This document shows, piece by piece, positions 33,652-42,715 of a DNA stretch of 64,000 nt (the first letter of the stretch is position 1; every line of letters begins with the position of its first letter). Origin of the DNA: Bordetella parapertussis. Lineage in GTDB: Bacteria; Pseudomonadota; Gammaproteobacteria; Burkholderiales; SG8-41. The notes below the pieces were generated by a model. The model worked only from the letters and a program-made list of their open reading frames with translations, was not told where the DNA came from and ran no database searches. Position numbers and translations under genes: made by a program. The stretch covers positions 17,618-81,617 of the forward strand of contig CAMDRT010000009.1 in NCBI GenBank assembly GCA_945906815.1, in the 5' to 3' direction.

Positions 33652-34599
33652 TTAAGGCAGCCCGGGCAGTTCGTGCTGGTGCTCGAGGTGTGCGCGCAAC
33701 AAGCGCTGAAAATGCCGCGGATCCTTGGCGTGGGTCAGCTCGCCCGCACGCGGCAGATAAAAATCATACAGTCGCGAAACCCAGAACCGCAGCGCCCCCG
33801 CGCGCAGCAGTGTAGGCCATGCAGCGCGCTCGGCCGCGGTGAAAGGGCGCAGCGCGTGATAGCCGGCCAGCAGCGCCGTGGTGCGCGCAGGGTCCAGCCG
33901 GCTGTCGGACTGATGACACCAGTCGTTGACGGCGATCGCGACCTCGTATGCCAGCGCGTCACTACAGGCGAAATAAAAATCGATAACGCCGGCGACCTCG
34001 TGCTGGTCGAACAAAACATTGTCACGAAACAAGTCCGCGTGGATCACGCCGCGCGGCAGTGCCGCAGCGTGATGCGTGTCCTGCCACGCGACTTCTTCGC
34101 GCAGCAGCGCGGCGTCTTCGGCGCCGAGAAACGGCAGCAGCCGGGGCGTCACCGCGCGCCACCACGCCGGGCCGCGCGGATTGTCCATGGGCGCGGTGTA
34201 ATTTTGCCCGGCGATGTGGATACGCGCGAGCACTGCGCCCACTTTCGCACAGTCAGCCGCTGTGGGATCCAGCAGGTCTTTACCGTTGAGGCGGGTTACC
34301 AGGCTCGCCGGTTTGCCGTTCAGTTCGCCGAGGGTGCTGCCGCCGCGATGGGTGATGGGCGCCGGGCACGGCACGCCGTGCTGCGCAAGATGCGCCATCA
34401 GGTCAAGGTAATACGGCAATTCGCGCGCACTGAGCTTCTCGAACAAGGTCAGCACGTAACGGCCACCCGTGGTGGTGACAAAGTAATTGGTGTTTTCGAT
34501 ACCGGCGGCTATGCCCTTTAACTCGACCAGTGTGCCCAAGTCGTAGTTTTTTAACCAGACGCCGAGCTGTTCAGGGGTAACCGTGGTAAAGACAGACAT
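33652..34599 (-). CDS. thrB: Homoserine kinase, APH-fold (Pseudomonas ThrB type)
   Basis: The N-terminus is MSVFTTVTPEQL...GIAAGIENTNYFVTT and the kinase catalytic block is GVIHADLFRDNVLF. Confidence 0.85.
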   Translation of the reverse strand: MSVFTTVTPEQLGVWLKNYDLGTLVELKGIAAGIENTNYFVTTTGGRYVLTLFEKLSARELPYYLDLMAHLAQHGVPCPAPITHRGGSTLGELNGKPASLVTRLNGKDLLDPTAADCAKVGAVLARIHIAGQNYTAPMDNPRGPAWWRAVTPRLLPFLGAEDAALLREEVAWQDTHHAAALPRGVIHADLFRDNVLFDQHEVAGVIDFYFACSDALAYEVAIAVNDWCHQSDSRLDPARTTALLAGYHALRPFTAAERAAWPTLLRAGALRFWVSRLYDFYLPRAGELTHAKDPRHFQRLLRAHLEHQHELPGLP

Positions 34600-34693
34600 T
34601 GCAATAGCGTACCGTGTTTGGCATCCGCCGTACAGGTGCCCATAAAATGCGCGGCCGCGCCGCGCACTTCATGCAGCACACCCCAGCGCAATG

Positions 34694-35095
34694 CTAAAAG
34701 CTGTGGATCACCCACATCGGCGGGCGCAGCCCGGTGTCGTGGCTGTTTTGGCGCGCAAACGACCCGTCACCGCGATGGTCGATCAGATAATACGGTGTGC
34801 CGCCGCTGGCGGGCGTCACCTTCATCATGTACAGTCGGCCGCCCAGACGGTATTCCTCAACCGTTTCCGTGCCGCGCTTGACAGTGGTGATTTGCGGTTC
34901 CAGCGCGCTGTCGAGTTCAAAGCCTTTGGGCGGCGGCGGTGGCTCCGGCACCGGTTGCAGATTGGGCGGACGCGCGGGGGTCTGCGCCGCCACCGGCAAA
35001 CCCACGAACGCAAGCGCGAACACAACGCACGGAACCAATCTCGCGAATGCGACGAATCTAGCGAATGCTACGAATCTGGCGATAGGGCCACGCAT
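34694..35095 (-). CDS. DUF2782-like periplasmic protein
   Basis: Signal peptide, then EPQITTVKRGTETVEEYRLGGRLYMMKVTP. It occupies the conserved position between thrB and polA. Confidence 0.6.
   Translation of the reverse strand: MRGPIARFVAFARFVAFARLVPCVVFALAFVGLPVAAQTPARPPNLQPVPEPPPPPKGFELDSALEPQITTVKRGTETVEEYRLGGRLYMMKVTPASGGTPYYLIDHRGDGSFARQNSHDTGLRPPMWVIHSF
35043..35082. repeat. 18-bp tandem repeat (about 2.2 copies) in the signal-peptide region of the DUF2782-like gene
   Basis: The units are gcgaatgcgacgaatcta, gcgaatgctacgaatctg and gcga. They encode ARFVAFARFVAFA. Confidence 0.8.
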
Positions 35096-35217
35096 GGGGT
35101 ATCCTCATTTCAACTTCAATTATCAGCCTTTCGCGGGCCATTGGAAAGCGGCGCTGACATCACTAAACTAAAATGCGGGCGGCCTCCCGTGACCTCAAGC
35201 GCTACTGCGGATTAAAC

Positions 35218-37938
35218 ATGAAAACCCTGCTGCTGGTAGACGGCTCCTCGTATTTGTATCGTGCGTTTCACGCCATGCCCGATTTGCGCAACCAGCGCAG
35301 CGAGCCGACGGGCGCGATTTACGGCGTGCTTAACATGCTGCGGCGGCTGCACAAGGATTATCCCTCGGCGCTCAGCGCCTGCGTGTTCGACGCCAAAGGC
35401 AAGACCTTTCGCGACGACGTTTACGCCGAGTACAAAGCGAACCGTCCGCCGATGCCGGATGATTTGGCGCGCCAGATTGCGCCGCTGCATGACGCCATCA
35501 GCGCCATGGGCTGGCCCTTGTTGATTGTCGAAGGCGTCGAAGCCGATGATGTGATCGGCACGCTGGCGCGCGATGCCGAACGCGCCGGCATGCGGGTGCT
35601 GATCTCCACCGGCGACAAGGACATCACACAACTGGTGTCGCCGCAAATCACACTGGTCAACACCATGACCAACGAAAATCTGGATGTAGCCGGCGTCGAG
35701 CGGAAATTCGGCGTCAAGCCCGAACGTATCATTGATTACCTGACGTTGATCGGCGACACCGTGGATAACGTGCCGGGTGTTTCCAAAGTCGGCCCCAAGA
35801 CCGCGGTGAAATGGCTCACGCAGTACGGCACGCTGGACAATGTGGTGGCGCACGCAAGCGAGATCGGCGGTGTGGTAGGCGAAAACCTGCGACTAGCGCT
35901 GGACTGGCTGCCCACCGCGCGTGGTTTGCTCACCATCAAATGCGATGTGCCGTTGCCGGTAACACTGCATGATTTGGGTCTGCAGCCGCAACAAACGCAA
36001 ACACTCGACCAATTGTTCGAGGGCTTTGATTTCAAGTCGTGGCGCAAGGAGCTGCAGGACTCCGGCCCGAGGTCTGAGGATCGAGTCGACGCGCCGGTGT
36101 CGCAGGCCGCTGTGATCGCGCCGCCGCCAGTGGAAAAACACTACGAGACCGTAAGCACCGAAGTGCAACTGGCTGCATGGCTCGAAAAAATCCGACGTGC
36201 AACACTTACGGCGGTGGACACCGAAACCACCAGCCTCGATCCCTTCAAAGCGCGCCTGGTCGGCATATCGCTGTGCGTTGAAGCGGGCAACGCCGCCTAT
36301 ATTCCCGTCGGCCATCGCTATCCGGGCGCGGGTGATCAACTGGCGCTCAATGACGTGCTGGCAAAACTCAAGCCGTGGCTCGAAGACGCGCACGCCCTCA
36401 AACTCGGACAGCATCTCAAATACGACATCCATGTATTTGCCAACCACGGTATTCAGGTGCGCGGCGCGGCGCACGACACGCTGCTGCAGTCGTATGTGCT
36501 GGAGAGTCACAAGCCGCATGACATGGATAATTTGGCCGAAAGACATTTATCCCTTAAAACAATCAGTTACGATGACGTGACGGGCAAGGGTGCGGCGCGT
36601 ATCGGGTTTGAACAGGTATCTATCGAGCGCGCTACCGCATACGCCGCCGAGGATGCCGATATCACCTTGCGGCTGCACCAGGCGCTGTATCCGCAAGTGG
36701 CGGCGGATGAAAAACTGCTGCACATATATCGTGACATCGAACTGCCCGCCATGCCCGTGCTGCAGGCGATGGAACGCAATGGCGTGCTGCTGGATGTGAA
36801 GCTGCTGGCCGAATTGTCGAGTGAGTTCGGCGCCAAAATGCTCACCATCGAAGCGCACGCACATGCGCAGGCCGGGCAGCCGTTTAATCTGAACTCGCCC
36901 AAGCAAATACAGGAAATCCTGTTCCACAAGCAGGGTCTGAAACCGATCAAGAAAACGCCTACCGGCCAGCCTTCCACCGATGAAGATTCGCTCGAACAAT
37001 TGGCGCTCGATCACCCGCTGCCCAAGCTGATCCTCGAGTACCGCAGCCTCGCGAAATTGAAATCCACCTACAGCGACAAGTTGCCGGGCATGATCAACCC
37101 TGACAGCGGACGCGTGCATACCAATTACGGGCAGGCGATAGCGGTCACCGGACGGCTGTCAAGCAATGATCCGAATCTGCAGAACATCCCCATCCGCACC
37201 GCCGAAGGCCGCCGCATCCGCGAGGCATTTATCGCTCCGCCAGGCTGCGTGATCCTCTCCGCCGACTATTCGCAGATTGAACTGCGCATCATGGCGCACA
37301 TCTCGCAGGATGAAAGCCTGTTAAAGGCATTCGCCGCCGGCGAAGACATCCACCGCGCTACCGCCGCCGAAATCTTTGGCGGTACGCCCGCTGCAGTCAG
37401 CAGCGAACAACGGCGCTATGCCAAGGTGATTAACTTCGGGCTGATCTATGGCATGTCGGCGTTTGGCCTCGCGCGCCAGCTCGGTCTTGAACGCAGCGCC
37501 GCACAGCAATACATGGAGCGTTACTTCGCGCGCTATCCCGGCGTGGACGCGTATATGAAGCGCACACGCGAAACCGCACGCACTCAGGGCTACGTTGAAA
37601 CCGTCTTCGGACGGCGCTTGTGGCTAGCTGAAATCAAAAGCCCGAATCCCGCACGGCGGCAGGGTGCCGAACGCGCCGCCATCAACGCGCCGATGCAGGG
37701 CACCGCAGCGGATCTGATCAAGCTGGCGATGATCGCTGTGGATCAATGGCTGGTGGACGAAGGTCTCGCCACGCGGCTCATCATGCAGGTACATGACGAG
37801 TTGGTGTTGGAGGTGCCGCTGGCCGAGCGCGATCGGGTTAAACAGCAACTGCCGGGCCTGATGAATGGCGTGGCAAAACTTGCTGTGCCGCTGCTGGTAG
37901 AACTGGGGGAAGGGCCTAACTGGGACCAGGCGCACTGA
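35218..37938 (+). CDS. polA: DNA polymerase I
   Basis: The start is at MKTLLLVDGSSYLYRAF (5'-nuclease domain). A 3'-5' exonuclease block (VDTETTSLD) and the polymerase motifs (DYSQIELR, QVHDELV) are present. Confidence 0.97.
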   Translation: MKTLLLVDGSSYLYRAFHAMPDLRNQRSEPTGAIYGVLNMLRRLHKDYPSALSACVFDAKGKTFRDDVYAEYKANRPPMPDDLARQIAPLHDAISAMGWPLLIVEGVEADDVIGTLARDAERAGMRVLISTGDKDITQLVSPQITLVNTMTNENLDVAGVERKFGVKPERIIDYLTLIGDTVDNVPGVSKVGPKTAVKWLTQYGTLDNVVAHASEIGGVVGENLRLALDWLPTARGLLTIKCDVPLPVTLHDLGLQPQQTQTLDQLFEGFDFKSWRKELQDSGPRSEDRVDAPVSQAAVIAPPPVEKHYETVSTEVQLAAWLEKIRRATLTAVDTETTSLDPFKARLVGISLCVEAGNAAYIPVGHRYPGAGDQLALNDVLAKLKPWLEDAHALKLGQHLKYDIHVFANHGIQVRGAAHDTLLQSYVLESHKPHDMDNLAERHLSLKTISYDDVTGKGAARIGFEQVSIERATAYAAEDADITLRLHQALYPQVAADEKLLHIYRDIELPAMPVLQAMERNGVLLDVKLLAELSSEFGAKMLTIEAHAHAQAGQPFNLNSPKQIQEILFHKQGLKPIKKTPTGQPSTDEDSLEQLALDHPLPKLILEYRSLAKLKSTYSDKLPGMINPDSGRVHTNYGQAIAVTGRLSSNDPNLQNIPIRTAEGRRIREAFIAPPGCVILSADYSQIELRIMAHISQDESLLKAFAAGEDIHRATAAEIFGGTPAAVSSEQRRYAKVINFGLIYGMSAFGLARQLGLERSAAQQYMERYFARYPGVDAYMKRTRETARTQGYVETVFGRRLWLAEIKSPNPARRQGAERAAINAPMQGTAADLIKLAMIAVDQWLVDEGLATRLIMQVHDELVLEVPLAERDRVKQQLPGLMNGVAKLAVPLLVELGEGPNWDQAH

Positions 37939-38006
37939 TTAAAAATGCTATTAAAACAATTGGTTATATTATTTAACCTGAACCGCTTTCAGCGCCACTG
38001 CGTTTG

Positions 38007-38030
38007 ATATAACATACAAACATGTTATAT
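38007..38030. promoter_or_regulatory. Candidate operator/promoter palindrome upstream of the vapB-like gene
   Basis: A perfect 9-bp inverted repeat atataacat-N6-atgttatat sits in an AT-rich patch, 18 nt upstream of the antitoxin ATG. Confidence 0.35.
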
Positions 38031-38047
38031 AAAAATTTGGGGCTGCC

Positions 38048-38281
38048 ATGAACTTCAATATCTATCTTGATGACGTGACAGGGCAGCGGCTAATCATCGC
38101 AGCCGAGCACAACGCAGAGACCAAGAATGCCCTTATCCGCAGGGCTGTAAGCGAGTGGCTGGCGCGCCACGGCAATCAGTGGCCTGAAGAGGTGCTGTCG
38201 TTCAACGGCATCGCGGACATGCCGCCGTTTGAAAGTAAGCGCGACCATCTGAAGGCGCCCGCCGCCGACCCGCTGGCGTGA
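38048..38281 (+). CDS. Ribbon-helix-helix antitoxin (VapB-like)
   Basis: The 77-aa protein has N-terminal MNFNIYLDD...KNALIRRAVSEWL (RHH pattern). It lies immediately upstream of the PIN toxin. Confidence 0.65.
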   Translation: MNFNIYLDDVTGQRLIIAAEHNAETKNALIRRAVSEWLARHGNQWPEEVLSFNGIADMPPFESKRDHLKAPAADPLA

Positions 38282-38288
38282 CCCTAGA

Positions 38289-38687
38289 TTGAAATACCTG
38301 CTCGATACTTGCACTGTAAGCGACTTCGTAAAGGGTCAGCCGGCGGTACTGTCGCGGATCAAGGCGACAGCACCGAATCTCATCGCCATTTCCAGCATTA
38401 CCTGCATGGAAATCGAATTCGGTTTGATGCTAAACCCGCAGCGTGCGAGCAAGCTGGCACCGGTTATCCATGCGTTCCTGAGTGCCATCACCACGCTGCC
38501 GTTCGATGCCGCAGATGCGCAAGCAGCCGGCGCTGTGCGCGCTGCGCTACAAACGCGTGGCCAGCCTATCGGTGCCTACGACGCGCTGATTGCGGGCTGC
38601 GGATTAGCACGTGGTCTGATCGTCGTGACATCGAACGTGGGCGAATTTCAGCGAGTGAGTGGGTTGGTAGTGGAGGATTGGCGCTGA
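38289..38687 (+). CDS. vapC: PIN-domain toxin VapC
   Basis: TTG start. The sequence begins KYLLDTCTVSD (first acidic residue), followed by ME (conserved Glu) and TSNVGEF. It is 132 aa long. Confidence 0.85.
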   Translation: MKYLLDTCTVSDFVKGQPAVLSRIKATAPNLIAISSITCMEIEFGLMLNPQRASKLAPVIHAFLSAITTLPFDAADAQAAGAVRAALQTRGQPIGAYDALIAGCGLARGLIVVTSNVGEFQRVSGLVVEDWR

Positions 38688-38717
38688 GACGAAGGGCTGC
38701 GATTGTTCTACTGCGCG

Positions 38718-40004
38718 CTACTTCACTTCGTAAGCGATCTGCCCGCCCACCAGCGTGTGGGTAACCCGGCCCTTGAGTTCGATCCCGCTGAACGGCGTGT
38801 TCTTGCCTAGACTCAGTAGCGACGCGGGTTCGACTTTCCAGTAGCGTTCCGCGTCGAATACGCAGATGTCGGCATCCGCCCCCACCGACAAATGCCCGGC
38901 ATCGATACCCAGTATGGCCGCGGCGTCGGTGGTGATGCGCGCGAGCGCGGCCGGCAATGCCACCCGATCTTCTTGCGCCCACTTCAGCGTCAGTGGCAGC
39001 AGCAATTCAAGGCCAGTGGCACCGGGTTCGGATTCGGAAAACGGCAACTGCTTGGCGTCGTCGTTCACCGGGCAATGATCGGAACACACGGCATCCACCG
39101 TGTGATCGGCCAAGCCCTTGCGCAGCGCATCGCGGTCACGCTGGCTGCGCAGCGGTGGAATCAAGTGGCAGTTGGGATCGAAGTAGCCGATATCCATTTC
39201 GGAAAGATGCAGGTGATGCACCGCCACATCGCAAGTGACCGCCGCGCCGTCATGCCGTGCACGCCGCACCATGTTGATGCCCTCCGCGCTCGACAAACGA
39301 CACAGGTGCACGCGGGCGCCGGTTTCGCGCGCCAGCAGCAGAATAACCGCCAGCGCCGCGGTTTCCGCGCACACCGGGATCGACGGCAGGCCCAACCGCG
39401 TGGCAACCTGGCCGTCATGCGCCACACCGGCGCGCGCCAGTGCGGCATCCTGCGGCCGCAACCACACCGAAAGGTTAAAGGTGGCGGCATACTGCATGGC
39501 GAAGAACAACACCTGATGGTCGGTGAGCGGCACATCGGCATGCGAAAACGCAACACAACCCGCGTCACGCAGTTCCGCCATGTCAGTGAGCTGCACGCCC
39601 TTTAGCCCGCCGGTCAGGGCGCCGATCGGGTAGACGCGCGTCTTGTTCAGATTGCGCGCGCGATACTTCAACATTTCCACCAGCCCCGGTTCATCGAGCG
39701 GCGGATCGGTGTCGGGTGGGCACGCCAGACTGGTGACGCCGCCGGCGCAGGCGGCAGCCATTTCGGATTCGAGCGTGGCAATATATTCAAAGCCGGGTTC
39801 ACGCAAGCGCGCTGACAAATCCACCAGCCCGGGACAAACGATTTTGCCGCTGGCGTCGATGGTGCGGTTGGCACCAAATCCCGCAGGCGCCGCACCCACA
39901 GCAACAATCTTGCCGGCGGCGATGTACAGGTCACGCACGGCATCGATGTTATTGCGCGGGTCGATGAGGCGGCCGCCTTGGATGTGGATTTTCATGCGCG
40001 CCAT
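38718..40004 (-). CDS. Dihydroorotase-like non-catalytic subunit (PyrC')
   Basis: It has the DHOase fold, but the metal-binding D-x-H-x-H is replaced by DLSAR ([13 protein letters not shown]). It overlaps the pyrB stop, as in the Pseudomonas pyrB-pyrC' arrangement. Confidence 0.85.
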   Translation of the reverse strand: MARMKIHIQGGRLIDPRNNIDAVRDLYIAAGKIVAVGAAPAGFGANRTIDASGKIVCPGLVDLSARLREPGFEYIATLESEMAAACAGGVTSLACPPDTDPPLDEPGLVEMLKYRARNLNKTRVYPIGALTGGLKGVQLTDMAELRDAGCVAFSHADVPLTDHQVLFFAMQYAATFNLSVWLRPQDAALARAGVAHDGQVATRLGLPSIPVCAETAALAVILLLARETGARVHLCRLSSAEGINMVRRARHDGAAVTCDVAVHHLHLSEMDIGYFDPNCHLIPPLRSQRDRDALRKGLADHTVDAVCSDHCPVNDDAKQLPFSESEPGATGLELLLPLTLKWAQEDRVALPAALARITTDAAAILGIDAGHLSVGADADICVFDAERYWKVEPASLLSLGKNTPFSGIELKGRVTHTLVGGQIAYEVK

Positions 40005-40960
40005 TTCCCCGCGACGATACTCATCACCGCCATGCGGATGGCAATGCCGAAGCTCACCTGCGGCAGGATCACTGACTGCTGGCCGTCGGCGACGGCGGAA
40101 TCGATTTCCACGCCGCGATTCATGGGTCCAGGGTGCAGCACGATGGCGTCCGGCTTGGCCAGCGCCAGCTTGTCGGCGGTGATGCCATAGTGCTTGTAGA
40201 ATTCCTGGCCGGATGCGAGCAGCGCGCCTTTCATGCGTTCGTTTTGCAAACGCAGCGTACTCACCACATCGACGTCCTTCAAACCCTCACGCAAGTCGTG
40301 ATACACATGCACGCCGAGGCTCTCGATGTCGGCGGGAATCAGCGTACGCGGACTGATCACGCGGATCTCGGGACAACCCAGTGTGGTCAGCGCGTGTATC
40401 TGCGAGCGCGCCACGCGCGAGTGCAGTATGTCGCCGATGATCGCCACCCGCAGACGGGTGAAGTCTTTTTTATAGTGGCGGATGGTGAACATATCGAGCA
40501 GGCCCTGCGTCGGGTGCTGATGACGTCCGTCGCCGGCGTTGATGACATGGATGTCTGGCCCCACATGCTTGGCGATGAGGTGCGGCGCGCCGCTCGCTGC
40601 ATGACGCACCACGAACATGTCGGCCTGCATGGCCGCGAGATTGGCCACGGTGTCGAGCACGCTCTCGCCCTTGCTGGCGGACGACTGTGCGATGGCAAGG
40701 TTAATGACGTCCGCCGACAAACGCTTGGCGGCGATCTCGAAGGTGGTGCGGGTGCGCGTGGAATTCTCGAAAAAGATGTTGAACACCGACTTGCCGCGCA
40801 ACAGCGGCACCTTCTTCACCTCGCGTTGCGTCACGCCAACGAACGATGCAGCCGCATCGAGGATCTGCCGCAAAATGTCGGCGGGCAAGCCCTCCAGCGA
40901 CAGCAGATGATGCAGTTCGCCGTTTTTGTTGAGCTGCGGGTTTCTGGGATCAAGCCACAT
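39992..40960 (-). CDS. pyrB: Aspartate carbamoyltransferase catalytic chain
   Basis: It has the STRTR motif ([11 protein letters not shown]), the HPTQ motif ([10 protein letters not shown]) and the HPGP motif (LHPGPMNRG). Confidence 0.95.
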   Translation of the reverse strand: MWLDPRNPQLNKNGELHHLLSLEGLPADILRQILDAAASFVGVTQREVKKVPLLRGKSVFNIFFENSTRTRTTFEIAAKRLSADVINLAIAQSSASKGESVLDTVANLAAMQADMFVVRHAASGAPHLIAKHVGPDIHVINAGDGRHQHPTQGLLDMFTIRHYKKDFTRLRVAIIGDILHSRVARSQIHALTTLGCPEIRVISPRTLIPADIESLGVHVYHDLREGLKDVDVVSTLRLQNERMKGALLASGQEFYKHYGITADKLALAKPDAIVLHPGPMNRGVEIDSAVADGQQSVILPQVSFGIAIRMAVMSIVAGKWRA

Positions 40961-40968
40961 GCGCGCGC

Positions 40969-41514
40969 CTAGTTTTCATGCAGCTTGAAAGTCAGTTTTC
41001 CCGCGCCGTCGCGCCCATCCTGACTATCGCGGATCAATTCTATGCTTTGCGAAATGGCGAGCGTCACATCGCCACCCAGAAAATCCGCTCTCACCGGCAG
41101 TTCTCGCCCGCCGCGATCCACCAATGCCGCAAGCTGGATGCTGGCGGGGCGGCCGTAATCAAACAGCACGTTCATCGCGGCGCGTATGGTGCGCCCGGTG
41201 TAGAGCACGTCGTCCACCACGAGCAGGCGGCGTCCGTCAACATCAAAGGGTAAATCAGACGTTTTTACCTCGCGATGCAGGCCGATTTTCTCGAAATCAT
41301 CGCGGTAAAACGAGACATCCAGCGTGCCCAGCGGGATTTTGATGCCGAGCGCTGCGTGCAGGCGCTGCGCCACCCACACGCCGCCGGTATGAATGCCGAT
41401 GATGCCCGTCTCCAACCCGACGACGGGTTTCATTTGATCCAGCAGTCGCGCCAGCAATTGCTCGGCGTCCGGCAGCGGATTCGCTATCGAGTTACCCAGT
41501 TTATTCATTGGCAT
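40969..41514 (-). CDS. pyrR: PyrR (pyrimidine regulatory protein / uracil phosphoribosyltransferase)
   Basis: The PRPP-binding loop [17 protein letters not shown] is present, and the gene is upstream of pyrB. Confidence 0.9.
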   Translation of the reverse strand: MPMNKLGNSIANPLPDAEQLLARLLDQMKPVVGLETGIIGIHTGGVWVAQRLHAALGIKIPLGTLDVSFYRDDFEKIGLHREVKTSDLPFDVDGRRLLVVDDVLYTGRTIRAAMNVLFDYGRPASIQLAALVDRGGRELPVRADFLGGDVTLAISQSIELIRDSQDGRDGAGKLTFKLHEN

Positions 41515-41539
41515 TTATTGGGGCGCAAGCGTAACACAA

Positions 41540-41564
41540 GGCACCGCCTCTCATAAGAGGCGCC
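41540..41564 (-). promoter_or_regulatory. Hairpin in the ruvX-pyrR intergenic leader (terminator or attenuator candidate)
   Basis: The minus-strand RNA GGCGCCUCUUAUGAGAGGCGGUGCC forms a stem cgcctct/agaggcg, followed by UUGUGUU. The loop-proximal AGAGGC is reminiscent of the PyrR-binding consensus, but the match is weak. Confidence 0.25.
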
Positions 41565-41636
41565 AGCCGTTTTCAGCAACTTTTTTCGCGGCCAGCGTTG
41601 CGGCGGGCACCAGTGCAGGCGTGCGCGCGCGGCGTC

Positions 41637-42113
41637 TCACGCACGCGCTTGGTGCTGCTGATCGAGCCAGGTGGCCATGATTTCACAAGCCGCCGCTGAG
41701 TCGAGCACGGCTTTGAGATCGCTGCCATGCACCCCTGCCTCTGCCAACCGCGACGCTGCTGCCTGCGAACTTAGCGTTTCATCCGCCAGCGCCACCGGCA
41801 AGCCAAAGCGCCCTTCGAGGCGTTGCGCAAAGCGCCGTGCGAGGCGCGCGATTTCATGCGCGCCACCGTCCGCGTGATGCGGTTCGCCAACGATGAGTTG
41901 CACGGGTTTCCATTCCGCAATCAGCGCGGCAATGGCGGCAAAGCGGATTTTATTGTCCTCGGCATGAATCGCCTGCAACGGGTGTGCGATACGCAACGCA
42001 AGATCGGCGACGGCGACACCGATGCGTTTTTCACCGAAATCGAAAGCGAGCACACTGCCGTGTGCGTGAGGCGTGAGGGGTGAGGGGTGAGGGGTATCCG
42101 TTGCGCGCGCCAT
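41637..42113 (-). CDS. ruvX: YqgF/RuvX putative pre-16S rRNA nuclease
   Basis: The conserved LAFDFGEKRIGVAV block is present. The ATG at 42113 has a GGGGAG RBS. The N-terminal extension of about 20 aa is encoded by heptamer repeats. Confidence 0.85.
   Translation of the reverse strand: MARATDTPHPSPLTPHAHGSVLAFDFGEKRIGVAVADLALRIAHPLQAIHAEDNKIRFAAIAALIAEWKPVQLIVGEPHHADGGAHEIARLARRFAQRLEGRFGLPVALADETLSSQAAASRLAEAGVHGSDLKAVLDSAAACEIMATWLDQQHQARA
42065..42096. repeat. Tandem heptamer array (GCGTGAG x2, GGGTGAG x2 plus a partial copy) inside the ruvX 5' end
   Basis: The array gcgtgag gcgtgag gggtgag gggtgag gggt encodes TPHPSPLTPH on the minus strand. Confidence 0.9.
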
Positions 42114-42125
42114 TAAGCTCCCCGC

Positions 42126-42160
42126 GCCTCACGCTTCACGCCTGACGCGAACCTCACGCA
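42126..42160. repeat. Inverted-orientation heptamer tract (CCTCACG/CTTCACG/CCTGACG) upstream of ruvX
   Basis: The tract cgcctcacgcttcacgcctgacgcgaacctcacgc is the approximate reverse complement of the 42065-42096 array. The two flank the ruvX RBS and start codon. Confidence 0.8.
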
Positions 42161-42714
42161 TGTCCCGCGTCACCCGACAACATCGCCAGATCAATGCCCA
42201 GCAATTTCAAACTGGCGTCGTAGCGCTGTTCAGCAGGCGTCTCAAACAGGATGCGCATGTCGGCCGCGACCGACAGCCAGGCGTTTTGCGCCAGCTCGTG
42301 TTCGAGCTGGCCGGGCGCCCAGCCGGCATACCCCAGCGTTACCAGTAGCTGCTGCGGGCCGTCGCCGCGCGCCACCGCGTGCAGTATGTCTTTGGAAGTG
42401 GTCAGTCCAATGTGGTCGCTGACCACCAGCGTGGATTGCCACGCCCCCGCAGGCTGGTGCAACACAAAACCGCGGTCTGTCTGCACCGGTCCACCATAGT
42501 GTATGGGCGTGCGTTTGCAGGCTGCGGTATGCGGCGTGATTTCAATTTGTTCGAGCAGCGTGTGCAACGTCATGGCGATGGGGCGGTTGACCACCACGCC
42601 GAGCGCACCTTGAGCGTTGTGCTCGCAGATGAAGGTCAGTGTTTTCGAGAAATTCGGATCGCTCATCGCCGGCATGGCGATCAGAAAATGCTGGGTGAGA
42701 TTCACGGCCTGCAT
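42154..42714 (-). CDS. YqgE/AlgH family protein
   Basis: The 186-aa protein begins LTQHFLIAMPAMSDPNFSKTLTFICEHNAQGALGVVVNRP, typical of UPF0301/AlgH. It is upstream of ruvX as in Pseudomonas. Confidence 0.85.
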   Translation of the reverse strand: MQAVNLTQHFLIAMPAMSDPNFSKTLTFICEHNAQGALGVVVNRPIAMTLHTLLEQIEITPHTAACKRTPIHYGGPVQTDRGFVLHQPAGAWQSTLVVSDHIGLTTSKDILHAVARGDGPQQLLVTLGYAGWAPGQLEHELAQNAWLSVAADMRILFETPAEQRYDASLKLLGIDLAMLSGDAGHA

Positions 42715-42715
42715 G

